DNA of 64,000 nucleotides. It comes from Cyanophora paradoxa CCMP329 (taxonomy: Eukaryota > Plantae > Glaucophyta). The notes under the pieces were generated by a model. It had not been told where the DNA came from, ran no database searches, and worked only from the letters and a program-made list of their open reading frames with translations. Every line of letters starts with the position of its first letter. Positions within the stretch are counted from its first letter, which is position 1. The stretch spans positions 248,001 to 312,000 of the forward strand of contig QPMI01000453.1 of assembly GCA_004431415.1 (NCBI GenBank), read 5' to 3'. The translations under genes were made by a program, and so were the position numbers. Positions 37,272-48,499 of this stretch are shown here, one piece after another.

Positions 37272-40200
37272 TCAGGCGGCGGCGCGGGTGGTCGGGACCC
37301 GGGCCAGCTCTGCGCAGCAAGGTCGAGCTCAGATGCGTTGGGCGGAACGGATGCGGCGGCCCGCGCGCACCGGCCGGGGCGGCGCGAGCCGCGCAAGGCT
37401 GAACGGTGCCCGCGGCGGCGAGCGCTTTCAGGCCGGCGGAGGCGGCGGAGGCGGCGGCGAGGGCGTCGGAGAGGGCGCGGGCGTCGTCGCCGGCCGCCGC
37501 GAGCTCGGCCTCCGCCGCCGCGGCGCGCCCCGCGGCGGCGGCGAGCAGGGCGCGGAGGGCGGGGAGGGCGGCCCCGCGCACGGCCGCCCGGCAGGCGTCG
37601 AGGACGGCCCCCGAGGCGAGGGTGGCGAGGAGCGCCCCGCGGCACTTCGCGCGGGCCGCGTCAAAGGGGGGGGAAGACGAGGTCGGGCCGGCCGCGGGCG
37701 CCGGAAAGGCGGCGAGCAGCACGGCGCGGCGGTCGACGGCAAAGGCCTCCCTTTGGAGCTGCACGACCTCGTTCTTCATGATCGGCACCTCCCGGACCTT
37801 CTTCACCGGCACAAACCGCTGCTCCGTCACGTACTGCGTCACCTGCGGCGGGCGTCGGCACAGGGAGAGGGCCAGGATGAGGGCTGATCGAGGGCGGGGG
37901 CGGCGGGTCGGACCTGGCGGGTCTTCGGCTCGTACTCGACGCGCTGCGTGGTGTAGTGGTACCGGTCGCGCGGCCCTACAATCCAGTAGCGGCGGCCTTC
38001 GCCGTACGCAACGTGTTTCTCGGTGATGGTTTTCGGCTCTGCCCGGTCGAGTGAGCGATGCCACGAGCACCGCGGCCCGCGAGTGCGCACCGTTGTACGT
38101 CTCCGTGACCAGCCGAGGCACCTGGACGTCCTGCAGCTCCATCGCTTCGTACTCCTCGGGGGCCGTGCCCGGCACCTGCTGGACGACCGACTCCTGCCAC
38201 TCGCGCCGCGAGGGCGGCACAAGCTCGCCCCACGCGACGTGCGGGGGCAGGCCAGCCTTCGCCGCCTCCGACGCCAGCGCCTTCGCGACTGGGGCGCAGT
38301 CCGGCGCGCCCACCGCGGGGGCTTCCACGCCGACGCGGGCGGCCAGCGCGGCGACGGCCGCGCGCTGGGCCTCCGCGGCTGGCCCGCGAGGTGCTCGGCG
38401 AGCGAGGCGGCGAGCACGGCGGCCGAGCGCCGGAACTCGTCGGCCGCGTACGCGTCGGCGACGCGCCGGAGGGCGAGCTGGCGTGCGGTCGCCGCCTCCT
38501 CGCGCCCGCCCTCCCCGCCGCAGGCCGCGTCGGCCTCGGCGCAGGCCGCGTCGAAGCGGGCAACGGCCTCGGCGGAGGCGAGCAGCGCGCGGGCGGGGGC
38601 CCGCAGATCTTCGGCGCCGCTCACGAGGGCGGCCGCCGCGTTGATTACGGCGTTCAGCCACCCGCGCGCTGGGCCGTCGAGCAGCGCCCGGCGCGCCTCG
38701 TCTGACGCCAGCGCGGCCACAGCGGCGCCGCCCTCGACGGCTGCGCAGGGCTCGGACGCAGGGCGAGCAGGGCACGCGAGGCGCTGCGCACCGGCAATGG
38801 CGGCGTCGACCGCTTCGCGCGCCTCGCGAGCGGCCCGCGCGCCCTCCTCGGCGGTTTCCTTCTTCCCAAGAAGCGCCAGCAGCAGCTCCTGTCCCGCCTG
38901 CGGCGCGCGGCGCGCGCGTCAGCACGGCGCGCGGCGACGACGAGGATCGAGGGCGAGGGGAGCGCACCCGCACGGCGCGATCGAGGGCGCTGGTAAGCTG
39001 GTCGGCGCACGAGGCGACGAGCTCGGCCTCCGAGGCGAGGTAGAGGGCCCGCACGCGCCGCTCGACCTCCGCCTGCCCGCTCTGCCCCTCCGGCGTTCAG
39101 AGGCAGACGGAGGAAAGCGGGAGGGGGGGGCTGGCCTCCTCCATGGCGGCCCGCACGACCGCGTCGAGGTCGGCCTGGGGGAGGGAGGCCCAGTTGGGCC
39201 CGAGGCGGGGCCCGAAGAGGCGGGCCTTCTCCTCCGCCGAGGCCCGCCCCAGCTGCACCAGGCGCGTCTGCAGCGCGAGCCGCGCGCTGAAGGGCAGGAT
39301 GCACTCCTCGGGTACGTCGAGCTGCGGGGGCCCTCAGCGGGCCCCGTGTACAGGCGCGCCTCAGCGAGAGCGCGCACCGTGGCGTCGGAGAGTTTCTGGC
39401 GCAGGTACGCCGGTGCGTCCTTGGGATTGATGCTTCGCCCGTCGGACTCGTCGAAGAGGTCCACCTTGTTAAGCAGGACGAGGAGGCGGGGCAAGCTGGC
39501 GCCGGGCTCGTAGCGGAAGAGGTCGGGGCGGTCGGCGCGGCGCTTGAGCATCGCCTCGATCGCCTCCTTCTCGTTCATCTTCGTGTACTCGAGCACCTGC
39601 GCTGGGATGAGCGCGGCGCCGCGCTAGCTATATAGGGGAGGCCGCACGAAGATTTGGAAGTTGGCAGCCTTGCCGATCCGGTCTGCGAGCTCGATGAAGA
39701 GGTCGGCCCCATTCTCCCCGCCGCCAGTGAGGTCCTCCAGACAGAATCGCGGCCTGTCGGAGTCACCGCCGTCGAGGCCTTCCATTACGGGCAGCGCAAC
39801 TTCCAGAGAGAGCCGCCCTGCGGCACGGGGGGCTGCGCGTGAGGTGAAAGACGAGGGTGAAGCAGCTAAAGCAGGCCGCACCGGCATACGTGAGCGCGAG
39901 GGCATGATCGGCACGGGCGGCGTCGTTCAGCTGCTCCAGCCGCAGTCGAATTGCGTGAACTCCTTCAACTATCTCGGCGTCGCCCGTAAGCGGCAAGATG
40001 CGAAGACGTCCCTCCGGTGAGGCCTTGGGCGAGTGCACGACAGTGATCGGCACAGCCGTCTCTGGCTGGGCCGCGCTGAACCGGAAGGCAAGTCAGCTCG
40101 CGCTGGGAGGCGAGCAGGGCGGCCTGCATGCGCACTACGGCTGGAAGGTGTTGCCTGCGAATCCGTTGATAACTGTCGACTTGCCCGCCTTCAAGCGCCC

Positions 40201-40407
40201 GTCGAGGCTGAGAGAGAACTCGAAGTCGGCCACGGCTTTGCCGACGTTGATAGACGCTTCCAGCGCAAGCTCCGCATCAGTTCGGAGGCTGCACGCCAGG
40301 ATGTCGATTCGCGGGCGAATGCTCGCATTCTTCAGGGCGGCCGCAGCTTCGTTTGCCTTGCGAGCGAATCCGGCAAGATTGCCGAGCGACGCGTTAGCGG
40401 AAGGCAT
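37272..40407 (-). CDS. Dynamin-like GTPase A (bacterial DLP/mitofusin-type Dynamin_N domain, helical stalk, beta-hairpin insert)
   Basis: G1 GRLKAGKST (~40190); G2 QPETA; G3 EDLTG; G4 LLNKVD (~39470); G5 PFSARLAL. One apparent 1-nt frameshift near 38378. Stop is either 37272 (with a terminal intron) or 37252. Confidence 0.8.
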
Positions 40408-40660
40408 GACCGCGCGCTGCACTGCAATGCGAGCCGCGCTGCGCTGCGCTTTAACGCGGCCATCTTGGAGGTCAGTTGATGCGTGCCACGCCCTGTACCC
40501 CCAAAGGTCTGTTGATCTCGGTCACTTGTCCCACTGGGCCCAGCGGCGTCAGTTGATCTTTCGAGCCCAGAGATGGCAGTTGTCCCAGCGGCGTCAGTTG
40601 ACTACTCTTCCCGCACCTTCCTGGAGCGCGAGCCGCCAGATCTAGACACAAGAAAGCGCG
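40408..40660. promoter_or_regulatory. Bidirectional promoter shared by the two dynamin-like genes, with repeated CAGTTG elements
   Basis: 253 bp between divergent ATGs; exact 18-bp direct repeat cccagcggcgtcagttga at 40539 and 40584; CAGTTG at 40473, 40550, 40577, 40595 and CTGTTG at 40509. Confidence 0.6.
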
Positions 40661-41492
40661 ATGCCGATCTACGCTAAGCTCGTCGAACCAGCGCGCAGCG
40701 TCCAGCATGCAGCCGCTCGAGCGCAGCACGCAGCGAGCACGCGGAAGTTCTGTGTCGGGGAAACCCTCGACGCGAAGGCCGGCGCTCTCGACGCGGCCTG
40801 CAAAGATGTAATTCTAATCGTAGTCGATCTCGTCAAAGATCTCGGTCCGCCGTGCCCGCCACGCGCCTTGTGCGTCTGGGCGGCAGTCTGAATATGCGCC
40901 AGTGGATGGCGTATTCCACATCGCCCTGTCTGGTCGCGTTAAAGCAGGCAAGTCTGCAGCAGTCAACGCATGCATTGGGCGCCGCGTGCAGCCGTCGTGC
41001 GTGCCTGGCTCTTGCACGACTGAAGCGCGGGCTGACCGCGCGCGCGAGCCTCGCTTTCAGGTCGAACCAGCCGCAGACCGCGTTCCCGGTATCATTCGTG
41101 CACAGCAAGGCCATTCGGCTCATCGGCCTGGACGCATCAGCAGCCACGGCGGCCGCGGTCGAGCAGGCGCTCGCGGAGGCTAACAAGGCGGCGCGCGAGA
41201 ATGCCGGCATGCGCGCCACCTACGCCGGTGCGTTCGACTCCGAGCGCCTGGGATGTGAAGCCTGAGCTCCCCGCTCCGGCACGCAGCGCGGCGCATCGCC
41301 GTGGAGGTCCCGATGCTGGCCCTCGAGAACCTCTCCCTGGGGGACGACGCCACCGGGACGCTCGATATCAAGGACCTCTCCGGCTTCGGCGAGTTCGGCG
41401 CGGCGGGAGACGGCTTCACGCAGATGGCCATCGAAAAGCTGAAGCGCGCCGCGCTCCACGTCCACGTTGCCGACTACGGAAAGGTTCCCCCT

Positions 41493-41529
<37 letters not shown>

Positions 41530-43852
41530 GCGCCGCGCGCCCAGCGAACGCGGCCCCCGCGGCAGATGAACGAGAAGGAGGACTTCGACATCCTGCGCGA
41601 CGTGAAGAAGCACCGCCCGGACCTCCGCACCATCGTCCTCCTGAACAAGGCCCGCCCGCCCGCCCCCGCCCCCCCCGCCGCGCTAGCGACCCGCTCTCGC
41701 TGACGGCGCCGGCCACAGATCGACCAGTACGACGAGTGCGAGCCGCGGAGCGTGAAGCCCGAGGACGCGCCTCGCTTCTACTGCGAGTGCGCCGCCAAGG
41801 CAGGGGTCCGCCGCCCTGTCCGTCGCCGATCGCGGTTGCTCACGGCCCTGTCGCATGCGCAAACAGGTCCAGATCGCGGTGGGGGACGTGTTCCCTGTCA
41901 GCGCGAAGCACGCTCTGCTGGCGCGGCTGGAGCTGTCGGGGGCCGCAACCCCGGCGGACCGCAACGCACTCTTCGGCGCCCTGTGGCCCCACGTCGCCCC
42001 CGAGCTCCTCGCCCAGATCGCCACCGAGAAGCTCGAAAAGGTGCGCCGCCGCCACGTCCGCCCGCACGCTCGCCCCCTCCCGCCCCCGCCGAGCCGCCGG
42101 CCGCGCAGTCGCTCTTCCCGCGCTTCGAGGGACGCCTGCGGGAGCTCTTCCTGCGCCACGCCCCCGAGCTCGCCGCCGCCGCCGCCCGCCAGCTCCGCGC
42201 AACCCTCGCCCGGCTCTCCCGGGTGCGACCCCGCGCCGCTGCCGCCGCCCGCCGCCCGCCGCCGGCCGAGCCCCGCCCCGCCCCGCCCGCGCAGCTGCTC
42301 GGGACTTTGCGGGCGCCCTGGAGGAGGCCGCGGCGGCCGCGGACCGCGAGCGGGAGCGGAGCCAGGCCGCCCTCGAGGCCGTCCTCGCGGCCCTCGGCGC
42401 CGCCGGCCGGGGAGAGGGGGTCGTCGGCTTCCGGGCCGATCCCTTCCTGCGGGGCTTCTGGGCATCCAGGGGCGAGGCCCTCGCCCGCCCCGCCGCCGCC
42501 GCCGCCGCCGTGGCCCTCCTCTCGCACTCCGACGCCGACCGCGCCGCCGCCCGCGCGGCCCTCGGCGACGCCGGCGGCCGGATCGCTCGCTTCGACGTGG
42601 CGTGCGAAGAAGCCGACCGGCGCGGCGGCGCCGGCGAGGAGGCGGACACGGAGGCCGAGGCGGCGGAGCGGCGGGCGGCGCTCTGGGCGGCGGCCAAGAA
42701 GTACCTCGCGGAGGAGCTGGCGGCCTCCGCGCGCCTCGTCGGCGAGCACGCGCGCGCCGCCCTCGAGGCGCCCGCCGGCCTCGAGGGGCTCCCAGAGGGC
42801 CTCGCCGAGCTAGCCCGCCGCGTCGGCGCGCCCGCCCCCCGCCCCCCTCTCCGCCGAGGCCGCCCGCCGCCCCGCCAGCGAGCTGCCCGCCGCCCTCGCC
42901 GCCGCCGCCGCCGGCAAGCTCGCCGCCGCCCTCGCCGGGCTCCCGGTGGCCCTCCCCGCCGGCGGGCTGGAGCGGATCAGCCGGCCGGCGCCCCGCATGG
43001 AGAAGCAGGAGCAGCAGGTGCCGGAGGCGTACGAGGACGTGGAGCACTACACGGTGCAGGAGCAGCGCACGCGCAAGAAGAAGGTCCAGGGTGCGCCGGC
43101 CGCGCCGCCTCTCTCCTCTCTCTAATCCATCGGCAGTCCCGCGCATCAGGACGGAGCGCAGGGTGGTCCACCCCGGGGGCGGCGGCGACGGCGGGGCGGC
43201 GGCGGCTGGGGCGGCGGCGATCCCGGCCGTCGCGGCGATCAACCCGGTGGCGGGCGTCTTGACCGCAGGCTTCCTCGCCCTCGCCGGTGGCGCCAGCCGC
43301 GAGCCCATCGAGATCGACGTACCCGTCGTCTACTACGAGGAAGATGAGGAGGACGTGAGCACCCTCACTCACGCTCCCTCACTCACTGACTCACTCACGC
43401 ACGTACCCCGCCCCGCCCCCGGGCAGGAGACGTACTGGGAGCCCGTACCCGCGACGCGGCCCAAGCGCGACGTGCGTCTCGTAGGGCGGCTCGTCGACGT
43501 GGCGGTGGAGGGCGAGGCGATGACCTGGCGCGTCGACCGGCCCGCCCTCGCCGAGGCGCTCCGCCCCCAGCTCCTCGCCGCCGCCGGCGCGGCGCTCGCC
43601 GTTTTGAAGGAGGCCGCCCTCGCGCCGCCCGTCCGCGACTGGGCGCACGCAGCCGCGGCCGCCGCCGCGGCGCCGGCGCTGGAGCGGCTGCGCGCCGCGG
43701 CCGCCGCGCGGGCGGAGGAGGGCGCGGCGGCGAGTCGGGCGGCGGCGGAGGACGTGGCGGCGCTGCGGGAGGCGAGGGCCGCCCTCCGCGAGGCCGAGGC
43801 GGAGGTCGAGGCCGGCTCCCGCCTCGCCGGCGTCCCCGCCCGCGAGCCCTAG
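40661..43852 (+). CDS. Dynamin-like GTPase B, paralog of A, with hydrophobic-tipped beta-hairpin insert
   Basis: G1 GRVKAGKSA (~40940); G2 QPQTA; G3 KDLSG; G4 LLNK|ID; G5 PVSAKHAL. KMNEKE and ARFDxACxEAD motifs are shared with A. Apparent frameshift in the C-run at ~42835-42848. TAG at 43850-43852. Confidence 0.8.
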
Positions 43853-44264
43853 CTGTAGGCTGTAGAGCCCCGATGTACAGCGTCTGTGTCGTGTATTTGA
43901 AAACACTTAAAGCTTGTGATGTCGACTAAAGGCCTAGGGACCTAGATCTAGATTTAATTTCTAGTAGAGCCGCCGGCCGGCCCTTGTTTTGGATCCGGAG
44001 CGCAATCTTCCCCGCCGCCGCCTCCCGAAGTCCGCCGCCGCCCCGAGCCGTACGCGTCGACTTCGAATTCATGATCAATGCGACTTCCTGCGCTCCGGCC
44101 GGGCTCCCGCTAGCTATAAAGCGCTAAGCTGGCAAAAATAGATCAGCGAATTCGAATTCCCATCTTGATCTTGAACAGCCACTTTTTTGGAGCGTGCTTT
44201 CTCTTTCATTTACAAATATGTAGTACGTGCACTTGCGGGGCCCCGGAAGGCCCTCGACCGGCGG

Positions 44265-47200
44265 CTACAGGGCGAGCTGCAGCTCGTCAAGCTCTTCAAG
44301 CTCGAGAGCGGAGGCGGGGGCCGGGGCCGGGGAGGCGCCGGCGGCCGCGGGCGTCGCGGCGGGCGTGGGGCTCGGCGGGGGCGTCGTGAGCCACTTTCGG
44401 AAGGCGGCGAAGGACTGCTGCGAGGTGAGGAGGTCTGCGCAGGCGTCAGGAAGGCTCCGCGAGGCGTCAGGGTGGGGGGCGGAGGGGCAGGGGGGTACCG
44501 TCGTGGTTCGCGTTGACGCGGACGCTGTCCAGCGCGCGGTCGTCGAACGCGGCGGCGGAGACAAGCGGGATCGTCCCCTGTGAACGAAGCGTTTCGGCGA
44601 GGGCGGGGTACGACTTCAGTTTTTTTGGGGGGGTACGCACGTCCCCGTCCACGTTCTCGAAGACGGCGGGCCGCCCGATGATCTCGCTCAGGCTCGCCAC
44701 GTTGCCCCACGTCCCGTTGTACCTTCAAGATACGGGCCCTCGGTTAGACTGCGGCGCCCGCCCGGCATCTGAGAAGCCGCGTACTTCGTGGGGTTGCCCG
44801 TCCCGACCAGCGTGTAGACCTCAACGGGCAAGGGCGCCTGCAGGAATCGCTGCGGGGCACGCGCACGCGCGCGTCGAGGTGGGGGTACGCGTCGACGGCG
44901 AAGGCGAGGGAGGGGGGGTACCGTGACGTTGGCGTCGGCCTGGGAGCGGAGCTGGGGGTACAGGGGCCAGGGGACCTCCTCGCCCCGGATCGTGAACGTG
45001 TTGTTCTGGGTCGCCTGCGCGGGAGCGCGTCGGGAAGGCTTAATCCAATCCAAACGATAGCGCAGAGGGGGCGGGCCTGGAGGAGGGCTTCGAAGGCGGC
45101 GTCTGCCCCGGCGAAGGTCTGGTTCTGTCCGGCGCGGTTTCAGGGCGAGAGAAAGGCAGCTAGCTTCAAAGCGGCGGCTAGAAGGCCTTTCTCTCTTTTC
45201 GAACCTGACGGCCTTCGAAAGAGAGGAGAAGGCCGTCTAGAAGGCCGTCTAGAGAGAGAAAGGAGAGAAAGGCCGTCTTCCTCGAACCTGCCCGTTGACG
45301 TTCACGATGATGGAGGGCGGGCCTCCGTCCCCCGGCCAGGGCCCCGGCCGCGGCAGCAGCTCGTAGAAGGCCGGCGAGGTGTACACGAAGTTCCTGCGTA
45401 CCCCTCCGGATTCAAATTCAAATTCGAATTCGAATCCGAATCCGAGCGGCACCGGACGACGGGTAGGACGTTCCGGAGGAAGCGGTCCGAGTCCGTGATT
45501 TCCGTCCCTGCGGGAATCGAACCCGAACCCGTCAGCGCCTTCTTCGCGACGGCTCGGGCCCCGCGTCGCACCGGAGGTCATCGCCTCGAAAGTCCGGCCG
45601 CTGCGAAAGGGGCCGGCGGCTCAGCGCGGGCGAGGGCGGGGGCGGGGGTAGGGCGCCGCTGGGAAGGGCGCCCGCCGCGCCGCTGGGAAGGGCGCCCGCC
45701 GCGCCGCTAAGATTCTATCTTAGCTCGTGGGGAGGGGCCAGGGGCCAGGGGCCAGGGGGGTAGGGCGCTGGGAAGGGCGCCCGCCGCGCCGCTAAGAAAG
45801 GGGCCAGGGGCGCGAAGGTGCGGGCCGGGGCCGCACGGGGCGCCGAGGAAGGGCGTTCCCACAAAGATGACCTGCGCAGCGGACGGGGGGGAGGGGGGAG
45901 GACCCGCGGAGGGGTACGTTATTCCACGGCGCAGGGGGGGTACCTGGCGGACGAGCTCGTCGACCGCCTCCGGATGGGTCGTGAAGTACTGTTTGGGAGT
46001 CTCAGCGCTTCGCAGGGCTGGGGGGGGGGAAGAGGGGGGGTACACGCACGCTGAGGATGAAGAGCCCGCCCATGGAGTGCGCGAGGAGCGTGACGGGGCG
46101 CCCCGCCGTCCCGCGCGCCTGCTCAAATTCAAATTCAAATTCAAGGTTTTACAAGGTGCAAGCAATAAGTAATGTGACAAATTCTGCAATATATAAGGCG
46201 CCGCGCGCCTGCTGGACGAGACGGTGCAGCGCCTCGACCTTCTCCGGCAGCCCGTTGCTCGTTCGCCAGTCGAACTGAACGACGTCAGGGCGCCGGAAGC
46301 GTCAAGGGAAGGGCCGGCCGCGCTCACGGGGAAGCCCCACAGGTCCGACCCCGACTGGCGCTCGTGTCAGCGGCCGATCGATGCCGCGACGCGGAGGAGG
46401 GGCGCGTGCCTGGTACCCCATATCGCTCCGGAGGAAGTTGATCAGGTCCTGGAAGTACTTCTGGTCGTCCCCCACGCCCAGAGCCCGCAGCGCCGTCGAG
46501 GATCCGACGAGGTTCGAGATTGCGAAGAGCCCGTTGTCCCTCTGCGCGAGTGAGTGAGTGAGCAGAGCTGAGTGAGTGAGCAGAGTCGAGCAGGGCCGGC
46601 CGAGCCGGCCAGCAGGCCCTCGGATCAATTTCGAGGATCGGTTTCGCGCCTGGGGCGGCTCCACGCGCTTGCCGGAGACCTCGCTGAGGGAGTTCGAGGC
46701 CGGGTCGTACCGCAGGAAGAGCGCATTCACCAGCGCCTCCGCTGCGGAGCCGGCCATTGATATCGGTTGGCGGGCGGTCTCGACCGGCCGCGGCCGCAGC
46801 CGCGGGCGCTGCGGCTCATTCGAGTGCGGGGGCGCAGGGCCGCACAGATGCGGCCCCACGGGTCTCGTATCGTGTCGAAGAAGCCTGCAATGCCGTCCGT
46901 GTCTCCGAGCTGCGCGCCGAGCGTCAGCTGGAGCTGCCGGCGCAACAGCTCGAGCTGGCGCGCCGCGCCGGCGCACCTCCAGGACCTCAGCTGAAGGCAG
47001 CCAGACTTGGATCCGGTCCCCATTAACCTGGTCCAGCACGCTGCGGCGCGAAATGAGCGCCGAACGCGCGCCGTGCGACGGGCTGCGGCGGCAATGACGG
47101 CCGGAGAATGCAGAAACCGACCTTCCCTCGATTCCTTTACAAGGCTGATCAGCAGCCGGGAGCGCGAGGGCGGCGCCAAAAAGACGGGAGCGCACCCGGG

Positions 47201-47307
47201 ATCAAAATCAGGGGCTGGCGCTGCGATCCGCTCTGAGGCTGTTCCTGAGCGCACGCACACGCGGCGCGGAACGCCAGGAGCGCCAGGAGCGTCAGGAGCG
47301 ACCGCAT
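44265..47307 (-). CDS. Secreted LCAT-like phospholipase/acyltransferase (alpha/beta hydrolase)
   Basis: Signal peptide MRSLLTLLALLAF; PLILIPG-IEG; LWGFP-FDWR; nucleophile AHSMG (~46075); VGTPFLGAP; catalytic Asp DGD-GTIP; His ANHD. Confidence 0.85.
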
Positions 47308-47503
47308 TGTCTGAGTTGGCAGTACCCAGGATCACAAAAAAACCGAAGAAGCGAGACGCAGAAGATTAGCCCAGACGTGCACGCGAGGCGCTTCGGGACC
47401 AACAGGGCATCGGAGCGGGAGGCGCTGAGCATCTAGCCGGAAGCCCCCGCCGCTTCTAATACTGCAGCGGTACTGCAGCGACAGCATAAGACAGCAATCA
47501 GGC

Positions 47504-48378
47504 ATGGACGAAGAGCAAGCAGGGCCGATCGTGAGGCTGAACCTGCGCGGGCGCGAGTTCGTCACGGCACGCGACACACTCCTCTCCAAGAGGGGCAGCT
47601 CTTCGTTCTTCGACGCACTCCTGTCCGGCAGGTAACCTCTCTGCGAATGCTTTCTACCTATACGTACCTGCAGTACGCATGCGCGGCGCAGGCTGGCGAG
47701 CACGAAGATCGGGAGCGCCCTTTTCCTGGACCGCGACCCACGGGCGTTCGAGACGCTCCTGACGTTCCTCTCGACGGGCTTTCTGCCCTTGCCCAAAGAC
47801 CCGAACGAGCTCTTCATCCTCCTCGCGGAAGCGGACTTCTACTGCATCGCTTTGAAGGATGGTGCGCGCTCGCTTGATATATGTATCCAATGATTGCAGG
47901 CCTAGGACAGCTTAGCTCAGCCCACCCGGCTCACACTGCTACAGGGTTGCGCTCGTGCGTGCGCTGCCACGAAGTCTACTATCACAGCGGGCACCCTCTC
48001 CCGGAGCGGGCCTGTAGGCACCACCCAGGTACATTCGGGCCTGGGGAGCTCAAACACGTCTCAACACAGAAGGTCAAATGCACGGATCACTCAGCTGAAA
48101 GTTTAAATTATCTTAGCCAAGTCTTTACGTTCGGCAAAAGGAACGGAGACAGTCTTGGCCCCTTCGTATGTGAGCACTGCTTCGAAGTGAGCCCGGATAA
48201 AGTGCAACGGTCGCAGTATCCAGTTCCTCAAACTGGGCCATCTTATATCTGGAAAGACGTCGCCCAAGAGCACCGCGCCGTTCTACAGTGGAGCTGCTGC
48301 AAGGACCCTCGCGCCGACGCCCCCGCCTGCGCCCTCGGCGCCCATGTACCTTCCACCAATGCTTTCGACTCTCACTGA
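47504..48378 (+). CDS. KCTD-type BTB/POZ protein with C-terminal CHORD-like Cys/His zinc-binding region
   Basis: IVRLNLRGREFVTARDTL..SFFDALLSG..LFLDRDPRAFETLLTFLSTG..LAEADFYCI (BTB_2); then CVRC-x13-CRHHPG...WSCC-x8-C-x4-H. Confidence 0.82.
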
Positions 48379-48499
48379 AATTATGTCTGTCTTTTATTGT
48401 ATTCATTTCGACTTCCATTTAAATTTCATCCGGTCCAATTCCCGACGGAGCGCGCGCGCTCGCGGGATGTGGCGCCCGCCGTGCCGCTGGGGACTCCGG

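Noticed and set aside
41301-43308. Long overlapping 540-665 aa ORFs on both strands as separate genes
   Set aside because: They arise from stop-codon scarcity in very GC-rich DNA; only pieces belong to the spliced DLP-B frame.
31647-43852. Bacterial contaminant or prokaryotic operon
   Set aside because: All genes carry host-style spliceosomal introns and are interleaved with a nuclear PsbP-domain gene.
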